Shown piece by piece: positions 31,887 through 40,983 of a stretch of DNA of 64,000 nt. A program made the position numbers and the translations under genes. The notes beneath the pieces were generated by a model, which saw only the letters and a list, made by a program, of their open reading frames with translations, was not told where the DNA came from and searched no databases. The stretch's first letter is position 1, and the number at the start of each line of letters is the position of its first letter. This DNA is from Candidatus Multivoradales bacterium (GTDB taxonomy: Bacteria > Acidobacteriota > Thermoanaerobaculia > Multivoradales > J023), in assembly GCA_965248925.1 (NCBI GenBank), contig CBDFLE010000006.1, forward strand, positions 608,001 through 672,000. The letters are read 5' to 3'.

Positions 31887-33449
31887 TCAACCCTGGCAGA
31901 TCGGTGCTGGACCGCCTTGAAATAGATAGGCGAAGAGGAAGGAGGGATCCACGATACTGGTGCTGCCGTCGCCATTTACATCGCCGCTACTACAGACCGG
32001 CGGCGGCCCGCCCTGGAACAGGTAAGCCAGTAGATAGAGCGGATCGGCGATGTTCAAGCTGCCATCGCAGTTGACATCGCCCGGCAAGAAGGGGCACTCA
32101 TCGGCCCCGATGTCGACTCTCGCCACCCCGTCGTTGTCACTGTCGGACCAGCGCGGGTCGCACTCGAAGTCCAGAGCACCCGGAGGTGGTGCCAGCGAAC
32201 CAGCGTCGAGAGTCGGCGAATCGACGGTTTGCCGGTAATCCCCAATCAGTGGCGCAGCGAAGGCCGGATCGGCGTTGATCATTCCGGCCCCGACCACCAC
32301 CGTGCCGAGGAATCCAGCCGGGTCGACATCGCTGAAGCTCGCCGAGACGGCGAAGCCCGCCGCAACAGAGATCTCGTCTCCGCCCATCACCGCGGAGTCA
32401 TTCCACAGGATCGAACTCTCCACCGTCGCACTGCTGTCACTGATCGACAGAGCACCGCCAAAGAAGCCGGCCGAGTTATCGCTGAAGGTCGACTCGCGGA
32501 TCGTCACCGTGCCGCTACCACTGCCGATCACCGCCATGCCACCGCCGGAGGAACCCGCCGAGTTGCCGGTCAACATCGTGCTTCGCACAGTCAGAGCATC
32601 ACCCAACACGCGCCCCAAGATGCCACCGCCGCCGCTACCGGCCTGGTTGTCGGCGATGGTGCTCTCATGAATCTGGTAACCGGCGCCGAGTGGGAAGCTG
32701 AACTCCACCCCGCCACCTTCACCGCTGGCGATATTGCCCAACAGCTGGCTCTTGAACAACGTCATCTCGGCCTCGATCACGTACAGTCCAGCGCCATCGG
32801 CGGCCTGGTTCAGGCGCAGCTCGCTACCCTCTATCAGGTGGCTACCTCCCTCGATCCAAACACCGCCACCGTCACCTCCGGCGGTGTTGAAGCTTATGTC
32901 ACTGTCGCTGATCGTCAGATCGCTGAAAGCCGCCAGAATGCCGCCGCCGGAGCCGCTCGCGCTGTTGTTGGTAATCAACGTACTGTCGATCACCATGCCG
33001 GCGGCCTGCTGCACCCAGACGCCACCGCCATTACCGACACCACTGGCCACGTTATTGGTGATCGCACAGGCCTCGATCGTCACATTCGGGGTGAAGACGC
33101 CGACCCCACCACCCGAGGATTCCAAGCCATCGGTGAAGGTGAAACCACGAATTGTCGTGCCGGCGGCCCTGGCCAGGGTCAGAACGCGACCTGTTCCGCT
33201 GGCGTCGACGATCGTCTGGTTGCGACCACCGGTGCTATCCAGGGTGATGGACTTGTCGAAGATCACCAGGGTCTCGAAATAGGTACCTGGGCTGACCAGC
33301 ACGGTATCGCCACTGCTCGCGTCGTCAATCCCATCTTGGATGGTCGGCGCGCTCAGCGAGGGTACGATGATCGTCGTCTGTGCGCCGGCGGTCGACGCCA
33401 GCGAAGAGACAAGCAAGAAAAGGCCGGTGATAAACGGGATTCTGCGCAT
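31887..33449 (-). CDS. Secreted right-handed beta-helix (Pmp/pectin-lyase-like) protein with a C-terminal dockerin domain
   Basis: Signal peptide MRRIPFIT..AGA; TIQDGID..GDTVLVSPGTY; NxA/GGG repeats; VDIGADE; PGDVNCDGSLNIADP..GDVNGDGSTSIVDP. Confidence 0.85.
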   Translation of the reverse strand: MRRIPFITGLFLLVSSLASTAGAQTTIIVPSLSAPTIQDGIDDASSGDTVLVSPGTYFETLVIFDKSITLDSTGGRNQTIVDASGTGRVLTLARAAGTTIRGFTFTDGLESSGGGVGVFTPNVTIEACAITNNVASGVGNGGGVWVQQAAGMVIDSTLITNNSASGSGGGILAAFSDLTISDSDISFNTAGGDGGGVWIEGGSHLIEGSELRLNQAADGAGLYVIEAEMTLFKSQLLGNIASGEGGGVEFSFPLGAGYQIHESTIADNQAGSGGGGILGRVLGDALTVRSTMLTGNSAGSSGGGMAVIGSGSGTVTIRESTFSDNSAGFFGGALSISDSSATVESSILWNDSAVMGGDEISVAAGFAVSASFSDVDPAGFLGTVVVGAGMINADPAFAAPLIGDYRQTVDSPTLDAGSLAPPPGALDFECDPRWSDSDNDGVARVDIGADECPFLPGDVNCDGSLNIADPLYLLAYLFQGGPPPVCSSGDVNGDGSTSIVDPSFLFAYLFQGGPAPICQG

Positions 33450-33614
33450 GGTTCTTCTCCCGCGACGCTCGTTCAGGAGCGGTCGCTGTGGTTCTCGGCG
33501 AGAAGCCGAGACATTTGCCAACGAATATCTGGCTGCGCAGCACACCAGGCGGAAGTACATCTCCCGCGGCCTGTCTCCCCACTGGTCAGCAGCGAGGATC
33601 TCGGCTTCATCAGG

Positions 33615-33644
33615 AGACGCGACAAAGGGACGCAGAGTCACCAG
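33615..33644 (-). promoter_or_regulatory. Bipartite motif CTGGTGACTC-N8-TTTGTCGCGTCT upstream of the beta-helix/dockerin gene (candidate ECF promoter)
   Basis: 21 of 22 arm positions are identical to the 31780-31809 copy, while the spacer is divergent. Confidence 0.6.
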
Positions 33645-33734
33645 AAGGGAATCCTGGCGGGGTGCCGGGGAGAGGAACCTCAGCTGCCGCCGTCCGCCAC
33701 CAAGGAAAGGCCCGCGGCTCTCTGTGCCTGGTAC

Positions 33735-34143
33735 CGCGGCAGCGAGAAATCAAAACACATCGCCCACCTAGAGAAAGAGCTGGGTCGCCGCGCGCAAGTG
33801 ATCGGCGAGCTGTCGATCGCCAACGGCCTTTTAAGAAAACTTCAGGAGTACCAACGAGCTTTGGCAGGCGGATGTGACCTACATCCACATCCCTGGCGTC
33901 GGCTGGTGGTACGCGGTGACGGTGATCGACTACTCAAGGTTGGGCGAAGACGGCGAAAAAGAAAATCGATACCATGTTAGGTGGGGACGACCAGCGAAAG
34001 GTCGCCTGAAGACAGGACCGGTAGGGTAAGAAAAGCGACGTTCACACAAAACACGCCCTTTTGGCTCCAACCGAACTGCGTGGCAGGACAGTGGAAAATC
34101 CCACCTCACGCCGCTGATACTCGCTGGTCTTAAAATCACTTCA
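33735..34143 (+). pseudogene. Internally deleted IS3-family relic (ends approximate)
   Basis: An OrfA-like tail HIAHLEKELGRRAQVIGELSIAN is followed directly by the rve fragment NELWQADVTYIHIPGVGWWYAVTVIDYSR. Confidence 0.7.
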
Positions 34144-34279
34144 CCGTCTAGGCTGGCCCTTCGCCGGGTCTTCCCGGTGGCTCAGAGCCCGCAGCAGAAT
34201 CCAGGTGCAAAGCGAAACCGTACCGCGCTTTGGCTGGCTCATTGAGGTCAGCTTCAGGCACTACAGACACTCACCACAC

Positions 34280-34876
34280 TCAGCCGTCGCCGATTTGATC
34301 GTAGAGAAAAGCCCGTGCCAGGCGGGCTTCATTGACCACCGTGGCGGTCGAGACTTCGAGCACCTGGGCGGTCTCGGCCAAAGTCAGTCCGCCGAAGAAG
34401 CGCAGTTCGAGGATGCGCGCCTTGCGTGGGTCAAGCTGGGTCAGGTTGGTGAGGGCGGCATCCAGCGCTAGCAGATCGGCGGCTCGATCCGGCGAGAAGA
34501 TCGCGGTTTCGTCCTGCAACGGCACCCGCACCGCGCTACCTCCCCGCTTGATCGCCCGATAGGCACGCGCGTGGTCGACCAGCAGGCGGCGCATCAGCTG
34601 CGCCGCCACGGCGTAGAAATGCACCCGATCGTGCCATCGCGGATGGGTCTTGTTGACTAGGCGGATGTAGGCCTCGTGGACTAGCGCGGTGGCTTGCAAG
34701 GTGTGGTCGCTACGTTCGCGACGCAAGTAACTCGCCGCCAACCGGCGGAGTTCGGAGTAGACCAACGGCAGGAGCTCGTCCAGCGCTCCATGGTCACCGT
34801 CACGCCAGGCGTGGAGCAGATGGGTGACCTCATTGGGCAACGGCGATTTGCTAGGCGGAGTCATGGTGATTGCCAA
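34280..34876 (-). CDS. ECF sigma-70 factor, ECF43-like, with no adjacent kinase
   Basis: VTHLL..WRDGD, HTLQATALVHE and ILELRFFGGLT; the start may be 34864. Confidence 0.92.
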   Translation of the reverse strand: MAITMTPPSKSPLPNEVTHLLHAWRDGDHGALDELLPLVYSELRRLAASYLRRERSDHTLQATALVHEAYIRLVNKTHPRWHDRVHFYAVAAQLMRRLLVDHARAYRAIKRGGSAVRVPLQDETAIFSPDRAADLLALDAALTNLTQLDPRKARILELRFFGGLTLAETAQVLEVSTATVVNEARLARAFLYDQIGDG

Positions 34877-34894
34877 TTCTATCCTCTTCAGCGG

Positions 34895-34922
34895 GGAACT
34901 TTACTCAGCTTGATTGCGTCAA
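34895..34922 (+). promoter_or_regulatory. Canonical ECF-type promoter GGAACT-N16-CGTCAA
   Basis: Matches the general ECF -35 GGAAC / -10 CGTC pattern upstream of 34994. Confidence 0.5.
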
Positions 34923-34993
34923 CCGATGCAAGAGCCCATCCACCCGTTGAACCCTTGGGTAGCCGCCCGCAATCAAAGATGCTGGAGAACTCC

Positions 34994-35797
34994 ATGCCGC
35001 GAAATATCTCGATGCTCACTAAGACCTCGGTGCAACTCGTCATCGGCCTGTTCCTGGGCCTCGCTGTGGTGCTGGTGTGCGAGGCTACCCTGGGCAACCT
35101 CGACCTGGGCACCGGCACCTTGGTTCACAGCATTGGCAACACCACCATAGTGCGGATCTCGGACCCCGCCGGGAGACTCGAAATCCGCTTACGAGGCGAT
35201 GTCGAGATGCTCGCGGATGGCCGCGGCGTGGCCCGTATCGGGCCCGGATCTCAACTGCGGCTGAGCCACAAAACCGCCGCTGGGCGGCGCCGACTGGAAG
35301 TGGTGCGGAACAGCGACGGCCAACCCGAATACAACTATCGACAAGGTCACCGCAAGGCTACTTTCGATGCCGCGGCCCGAGCCTGGCTGACGGATTCCAT
35401 GGTCCATTTCTACCGTGCCAGTGGTGTCGACAGCGAGCGCCGGGTAGCCCTCCTGCTGGCCAGCGGCGGACCACCCGCGGTGCTCGCTGAGGTGCTGGCG
35501 ATCGCCGGCGATCGGGTCCAGGGGATCTACTTGCTCGAACTCTTGCAGCAGAGCAACCAACCGACCACCACCGCCCAAGTGCTCAACTGCGCAATTCGCG
35601 AGATAGGTTCGAACTACGGAACTCGACGCTTACTGTGGCAAGTCGACAGCCAACAGTTGACCAACCCCGGAGTCCGCGACGCATACCGGCGTCTGGCTCT
35701 GGCAACAGGCTCGGACTATGAAATCCGACATGCCACCGAGGCCCTCGCCACGGTAGCCGAGCATCCTCTCGAACCCGTTCCTCAGGGCAACCCATAG
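34994..35797 (+). CDS. Membrane-anchored or secreted hypothetical protein with HEAT-like SDYE repeats
   Basis: N-terminal hydrophobic helix, a beta-rich region, then helical repeats (IGSNYG, GSDYE); start uncertain. Confidence 0.55.
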   Translation: MPRNISMLTKTSVQLVIGLFLGLAVVLVCEATLGNLDLGTGTLVHSIGNTTIVRISDPAGRLEIRLRGDVEMLADGRGVARIGPGSQLRLSHKTAAGRRRLEVVRNSDGQPEYNYRQGHRKATFDAAARAWLTDSMVHFYRASGVDSERRVALLLASGGPPAVLAEVLAIAGDRVQGIYLLELLQQSNQPTTTAQVLNCAIREIGSNYGTRRLLWQVDSQQLTNPGVRDAYRRLALATGSDYEIRHATEALATVAEHPLEPVPQGNP

Positions 35798-36714
35798 CGT
35801 CTGCGCTTCTCCCACAGTGCCTTGCGGCTGATACCTAAAACCTCGGCGGCCTGCCCTTGGTGACCGCGAGTATAGGCCAGCGCGCGGCGAATCTGCAGCT
35901 TCTCGCTCTCAGCCAGCGATACCGGGCGGGCAATATGTTCACCATCTCTGGGCGGCGCCGGATCCAACACCTCACCTCTGTGAGAGATCAGCTCGCGCTC
36001 CAACAAATTGCGCAGCTGGCGCAGATTCCCCGGCCAGGAGTAGCGCTCCATCCAGCGCTGAGCCGCCGCCGAGAGGCGCGGCAGCGGACGGGCGAATCGA
36101 GACGCCAAGTCGGCCAGTAGGAACTCGGAGATACCAGCTAGGTCAGCTCGGCGTCGACGCAGAGGAGGCAGGTGGAACGCCAACACTTCGAGGCGGTAAA
36201 AGAGATCTTGGCGAAAGGCGCCACCCTCGACCCGCAGCTGCAGATCGACGCTGGCAACGCTCAAGAAACGGACATCTGCAAGGCGTTCTTCGCCCCCCAA
36301 GGGGGCGTAGTGCCCTTCTGCCAGCAAACGCAGCAGCTTGGGCTGTAGGTTCAGTGGTAACTCCTCGACATGGTCCAGCACCAGGCTACCGCCCGACGCC
36401 AACTCAACCCGACCCCGACGGCCGCTCTCAGCGCCGGTGAAGGCACCAGCGAGGTGGCCGAACAACTCACTCTCGAACAGGGTTGGTGGCACCACCCCGA
36501 CATCGAACTCGACCAGCGGTGCCGCTGCCCGACGGCTCGCCGCGTGCAGCGCCCGCACCAGCGTCGAGCGGCCGCTGCCGGGCTCTCCGAGAATCAGAAT
36601 GGGTGCGTTGCTACGGGCTGCGCGGCGTATCCCATACAGCGGATCGGCCAGCGAAGGAGACGCCGCCAGTAGCTCATCGAGAGCAGCAGCCGACGGCGAG
36701 CCGCTTTCATCCAC
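35782..36714 (-). CDS. Sigma-54 interaction domain (bEBP-like) protein with Fis-type HTH and no sensory domain
   Basis: ESELFGH..GAFTGA, FRQDLFYRL, WPGNLRQL and AAEVLGISRKALWEK; Walker motifs are atypical. Confidence 0.88.
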   Translation of the reverse strand: MDESGSPSAAALDELLAASPSLADPLYGIRRAARSNAPILILGEPGSGRSTLVRALHAASRRAAAPLVEFDVGVVPPTLFESELFGHLAGAFTGAESGRRGRVELASGGSLVLDHVEELPLNLQPKLLRLLAEGHYAPLGGEERLADVRFLSVASVDLQLRVEGGAFRQDLFYRLEVLAFHLPPLRRRRADLAGISEFLLADLASRFARPLPRLSAAAQRWMERYSWPGNLRQLRNLLERELISHRGEVLDPAPPRDGEHIARPVSLAESEKLQIRRALAYTRGHQGQAAEVLGISRKALWEKRRRYGLP

Positions 36715-37096
36715 CTGCCGACCCGGCGAACTCGGCGGTCAGGTCCGGAGCGTCCGACCACAGCCGTTCCAAATCGTAGAAATGCCGCGTTTCGTCTAGA
36801 AACACATGCACCACTAGATCACCGCCATAGTCGAGCAACACCCAGGTGCCGCGGTCGAGACCTTCGACATGCAAAGGCCGCACTCCGGCATCGCGCAGCT
36901 GCGCGAGAATTGCTTCGGCGATGGCTTGCACTTGGCGCTCGTTGTTGCCGCTACAGATCATGAAGCGATCGGTGAAATCGCTGATCTTGGCAAGATCGAG
37001 CACCCGCAGGTCGCGGGCCTTGCGGTCCGCCGCCGCGGCGGCGGCCAGTTGTATCTGGGTTTGGAGATCAGGGCGCTCATTAAGTCGCGGATTCAT
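36707..37096 (-). CDS. rsfS: Ribosome silencing factor
   Basis: DRKARD..FMICSG..RQVQAIA..WVLLDYG..VHVF..FYDLERLW; follows nadD. Confidence 0.95.
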   Translation of the reverse strand: MNPRLNERPDLQTQIQLAAAAAADRKARDLRVLDLAKISDFTDRFMICSGNNERQVQAIAEAILAQLRDAGVRPLHVEGLDRGTWVLLDYGGDLVVHVFLDETRHFYDLERLWSDAPDLTAEFAGSAGG

Positions 37097-37163
37097 AGGC
37101 TAGCGGGTTCTCTTCAGGAGATGTTCAGGGCGGGAATTCAGGGCTGCAGACTTCCGGCAAGGC

Positions 37164-37787
37164 TCAAACAGCAGACGTGGCTCGATAGAGATCGTACTTG
37201 CGCAAGTAGTCTAGCACCGCTGGCGCCAAGGCTCCGGCCGGTGGTCGCCGACCTGCCTCCAGCGCTCGGCGTAGCTGGGAGGCCGCTAGGTCGACCAGTG
37301 GATTGCCGAGCCACTGAACCTGGGCGGCATCTAGGGCGCCTCGCAACTCACCACTTAACACGGCCTCGACCTTGGATCTCTCCCAGCCCGGCCTCGCCAG
37401 CACCGCCAAGGCGACCTCATCGACCAATGCTCGCCACTCATGCCAATGATCGAGCTGGGCCAGAGAATCGGCGCCGATCAGCAAACTCAACTCTGCGCGT
37501 GGCCACAGGCGATGAAAGTGTCGCACGGTGTTGAGAGTGTAGGTCGGCCCTTGGCGCAACAGCTCAAAAGACGACACCCGCAGCTCCGCATAAGGCAACA
37601 AAGCCAGCTCGACCATCGCAAAGCGAGCCAGTGCTGGCGCCATTTGCTGCCCGACCTTGTGTGGCGGATGGGCGGTCGGCAGGAAGATCACTCGGTCGAG
37701 TCCCAACTCGCGCAGCGCCGCTCGCGGCGCCGAGACATGGCCGCGATGAATCGGATCGAAGCTACCGCCATAGAGCCCGATCTTCAT
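37164..37787 (-). CDS. nadD: Nicotinate-nucleotide adenylyltransferase
   Basis: GLYGGSFDPIHRGH, PPHK and LIGADS; conserved obgE-nadD-rsfS order. Confidence 0.95.
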   Translation of the reverse strand: MKIGLYGGSFDPIHRGHVSAPRAALRELGLDRVIFLPTAHPPHKVGQQMAPALARFAMVELALLPYAELRVSSFELLRQGPTYTLNTVRHFHRLWPRAELSLLIGADSLAQLDHWHEWRALVDEVALAVLARPGWERSKVEAVLSGELRGALDAAQVQWLGNPLVDLAASQLRRALEAGRRPPAGALAPAVLDYLRKYDLYRATSAV

Positions 37788-38803
37788 CCGTCAGCCTCAG
37801 CCTTCCGTCCTGCGGCCAGCAGCTGACGCAAAGCGCCGGTCAGCTCACCCAGACCGCTGCGGGTTGCAGAGCTGATCAGCAACAAGGGAACACCGCGTCG
37901 CTTCGCCAGCTCGATCAGTGCCGTCCGACGTTCGTCCAGCGCAGCGTCGGTCTTGCTACCAACCAGCAGAGAAGGGCGCTCGAGCAGCGCCGCATCGAAA
38001 GCGCGCAGTTCCCCCTCGATAGTCTCCACCGCCTCGACCACGTCGATCTCTGGAGTCGCCAGGTCGACCAGATGCACCAGCACGCGGCAGCGCTCGACGT
38101 GGCGCAGGAACTGGAACCCTAGACCGCTGCCCTCGGACGCCCCGGCGATCAACCCCGGCAGGTCGGCGATAACAAAAGTGTCTTCCCACTCGCGGCTATC
38201 GGCCACCACTCCAAGCTGCGGTACCAAAGTGGTGAACGGATAGTCCGCAACCTTCGGGCGGGCCGCTGAGAGGGCGGCGATCAGAGTTGACTTACCGGCA
38301 TTCGGTAGGCCCACCAGACCAACATCGGCGAGCAACTTGAGTTCCAGCCGCAAGGAACGCTCCTCGCCGTCTTCGCCAGGCTGGGCATAGCGTGGAGCCC
38401 GTCGGGTGGCGGTGGCGAAGCGGGCGTTGCCCCGCCCCCCCCGGCCACCGGCAGCCACTCGCAAGCGCTCGCCGTCCGCTAGCAACTCGCCCAGCAGCTC
38501 GCCGCTTTCGCTATGCCGAACGATGGTTCCGATCGGCACCGTCACCAGGCGGTCCTCGCCACTGCGCCCGGTGCGGTTGGAGCCCTCGCCATGGCGCCCG
38601 CGAGGAGCGGCAAAGCGTGGCTGATGGCGCAGGTGGTGAAGGGTGTTGAGTCGTTCGTCAGCGACCAAGAACACTGTGCCGCCATGACCACCGTCACCAC
38701 CCGACGGACCACCGCGCGGGACGAATTTCTCGCGCCGGAAAGCCACGCAACCGGCGCCGCCGTCGCCGCCGACGACATGGATAGATGCTTCGTCGATAAA
38801 CAA
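37784..38803 (-). CDS. obgE: GTPase ObgE/CgtA
   Basis: FIDEA..FRREKFVPRGGPSGGDGG, GLPNAGKST, YPFTTL and DLPGLI; TTG start at 38803 inferred. Confidence 0.96.
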   Translation of the reverse strand: MFIDEASIHVVGGDGGAGCVAFRREKFVPRGGPSGGDGGHGGTVFLVADERLNTLHHLRHQPRFAAPRGRHGEGSNRTGRSGEDRLVTVPIGTIVRHSESGELLGELLADGERLRVAAGGRGGRGNARFATATRRAPRYAQPGEDGEERSLRLELKLLADVGLVGLPNAGKSTLIAALSAARPKVADYPFTTLVPQLGVVADSREWEDTFVIADLPGLIAGASEGSGLGFQFLRHVERCRVLVHLVDLATPEIDVVEAVETIEGELRAFDAALLERPSLLVGSKTDAALDERRTALIELAKRRGVPLLLISSATRSGLGELTGALRQLLAAGRKAEADG

Positions 38804-38828
38804 ATCGAAGACCTCGCAAGCCGATACC

Positions 38829-38850
38829 AAAAAAGCCGCCCGCAGGCGGC
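38829..38850 (-). terminator. Intrinsic terminator between rpmA and obgE
   Basis: Minus strand GCCGCC-TGCG-GGCGGC followed by six T. Confidence 0.7.
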
Positions 38851-38881
38851 CTTCAAGGGAATGCTGAGGGGCGTGCTCTAC

Positions 38882-39139
38882 CTACTCGGCCGGCAGAATG
38901 TGGATGAATTTGCCCCGCCGGCCGCGATTCTGAAACTCGACCACGCCATCGACCAGCGCGAACAGGGTGTCATCCTTGCCGCGGCCAACGTTGCGACCGG
39001 GAAAGAACTTGGTGCCCCGCTGGCGAACCAGGATCGAGCCGCCGGTAACCTCCTGCCCGCCGAAGCGCTTGACGCCTAGGCGCTGCGCGTTCGAATCTCT
39101 ACCGTTACGGGTCGAGCCCTGACCTTTCTTATGAGCCAT
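38882..39139 (-). CDS. rpmA: 50S ribosomal protein L27
   Basis: [24 protein letters not shown]. Confidence 0.98.
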   Translation of the reverse strand: MAHKKGQGSTRNGRDSNAQRLGVKRFGGQEVTGGSILVRQRGTKFFPGRNVGRGKDDTLFALVDGVVEFQNRGRRGKFIHILPAE

Positions 39140-39164
39140 CTGGGATATCTCCTCTCACCGTCAC

Positions 39165-39479
39165 TCAGGCTTGAATGTTCTCGATCCGCACCCGCAGCAG
39201 ATCCTGCCGGTGGCCGTTCTTGCGGCGGTAGCCCTTGCGTCGTTTCTTCTTGAAAACAAGGATCTTAGGGGCACGGATGTCAGCCACCCGAACAGCGGCC
39301 ACCTCGGCTCCAGAGAGCACCGGGTCACCCACTTTGACATCTCCTTCGCCACCGACCATCAACACACGATCGAAGATCACTTTATCTTCGTCGCCCGTGG
39401 CAGGCAGAAGCTCGACGTCAATCACGTCACCCGGCTCGACCCGGTATTGCTTTCCACCAGTTTCGATCACTGCGTACAT
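39165..39479 (-). CDS. rplU: 50S ribosomal protein L21
   Basis: MYAVIETGGKQYRV..FKKKRRKGYRRKNGHRQ. Confidence 0.98.
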   Translation of the reverse strand: MYAVIETGGKQYRVEPGDVIDVELLPATGDEDKVIFDRVLMVGGEGDVKVGDPVLSGAEVAAVRVADIRAPKILVFKKKRRKGYRRKNGHRQDLLRVRIENIQA

Positions 39480-39754
39480 GCTACTTCTCCAAACGCTGGT
39501 TCGCCCGGCCACTCCCTGGCGGCATCGCTGATCGCGATTCGGGCGGATGCTGGTTGCGCCGTCATGCTTCTCGGTGCAAGGCGGGTCAGGGACCCCGATC
39601 CGGGCGCACGAATCTCATGCACCAGACGGCGAAAGCGGAACTTACCACGGCCACAGAACCCCGGTCAACGAAGATCCGCTATCATCGGCCCACCGAGTCG
39701 GCGGCATGCATCTGACCGCCATCGGCCACCCGTCCGACCCTAGGAGGCGAACCC

Positions 39755-39928
39755 TTGAGCGAGGGCCCCGACTATCTGATCTGCCTGGAATGCGAGACTC
39801 CGTGCTACACCTTCGAGTGGAAATTCGGCGATGTCATCGCGGCCCAATGCCTGGTCTGCGGCAGCGAAGACGTCGATAGCTTCATGATCGAAGAAGACTA
39901 CGAAGTAATGAGCACGATGGACCACTGA
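39755..39928 (+). CDS. Small acidic zinc-ribbon-like protein (57 aa), absent from the ORF track
   Basis: AGGAGG RBS and TTG start; MSEGPDYLICLECETPCYTFEWKFGDVIAAQCLVCGSEDVDSFMIEEDYEVMSTMDH contains two CxxC motifs. Confidence 0.75.
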   Translation: MSEGPDYLICLECETPCYTFEWKFGDVIAAQCLVCGSEDVDSFMIEEDYEVMSTMDH

Positions 39929-40069
39929 GGGCTGCGACGGCTACCGCGCCTGGGGATCGAAGGCTGGTTTCCAGCCGACGGACCTCGTGCTAGACTTGCC
40001 ACCCGAAAGTGGCCGAGGCAGCCAAAGCGCACGACAACGCAACCGCTCTCGCCAACAGACCATTTTGCC

Positions 40070-40555
40070 ATGAATCTCGAAGACCTCCGCACCGTGCATC
40101 CAGTGCTTCAGTTCTGCCCCATTGATTACGCAATGAGCGCGGCTTTGGCGTTGCAGACCGCGGGGCACGAGCCCGTCGTGAGCTTGCAGGTCAACGACCG
40201 GCCTGACGAGACGCTCGAGTGGACCAGCCGGGCCATCGAGGGATCAGCGTGGGATCCCGTACGAACCATTGAGGACGGAGCAGAGGGGGTGGCGCTTCGA
40301 TGGGTGCATCACGATGGCAATTGGGTGGTTTCACGTCGAATGCGTCGTGGTGAACATGCGGATTGGCTGTTACATTTCAGGCAGACATTCCAGGCCCTCG
40401 AGGTCAGCGGTACCGGTACCTCGAGTGAATCCACCGCACGCCTGACAAAGAAGCTGGCACAAGTCAGCCGGTGCCCGCTTCCAGTGAAGCGAATGGCGGT
40501 CGTGGTCTCCTTCGAAGAGCCGGCACTGCAATCGGCAGTCGCGGAGGAGCTGTGA
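40070..40555 (+). CDS. Hypothetical protein with a PD-(D/E)xK nuclease-like signature
   Basis: E-helix (TIEDGAE), HADWLL and ALEVSG; the fold is inferred from the motif pattern only. Confidence 0.6.
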   Translation: MNLEDLRTVHPVLQFCPIDYAMSAALALQTAGHEPVVSLQVNDRPDETLEWTSRAIEGSAWDPVRTIEDGAEGVALRWVHHDGNWVVSRRMRRGEHADWLLHFRQTFQALEVSGTGTSSESTARLTKKLAQVSRCPLPVKRMAVVVSFEEPALQSAVAEEL

Positions 40556-40983
40556 GTTTCACGGCCCTACAGACCACAGCTATCGAAGCGCTCGTAAGCG
40601 GGGCCATTCTGCGGGCAGAGCTGCTCGACGACGCTGGCCTTGCCACGGCCCGCGATGCCTGGCGGGAGGTGATGGAGTTGGAGGTCGAGCTCAGCAGCAG
40701 GCATCCTGCCGGGTCGGTGCCAGGTGGGGTGGCGCGCGCGGGTGCGGTGCATGCTGCTTTCGCCGCAGGTGCCGATGGGTGGGATCTTGCGGATCGGTTT
40801 CTGGCCGAGCAGGACCTGCCGAAGGAAAGGAGACAAGCGATCACTACGGTGATCGCGGAGCACGAAGAGTGTTACTCTTCACAGTTTCCCCGACTAGCCG
40901 AGATTCACTCTGCCCGAGCCCTAAGTTCCTGGAAGCACGCGCTTGCGCAGGCCCCCTTGGCTCTGTTCCCTGTCGCGGCCTGA
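40552..40983 (+). CDS. Small alpha-helical (TPR-like) hypothetical protein
   Basis: GGAGG RBS; GTGA overlap with the previous stop; stop overlaps the next ATG (TGATG). Confidence 0.65.
   Translation: MSFTALQTTAIEALVSGAILRAELLDDAGLATARDAWREVMELEVELSSRHPAGSVPGGVARAGAVHAAFAAGADGWDLADRFLAEQDLPKERRQAITTVIAEHEECYSSQFPRLAEIHSARALSSWKHALAQAPLALFPVAA

Noticed and set aside
32229-33980. 583-aa plus-strand ORF
   Set aside because: It is the antisense shadow of the beta-helix/dockerin gene; only its last part overlaps the IS3 relic.
39480-40069. tRNA or other structured RNA as an integration site near the three-gene operon
   Set aside because: No cloverleaf, T-loop/CCA pattern or flanking direct repeat was recognised by eye.
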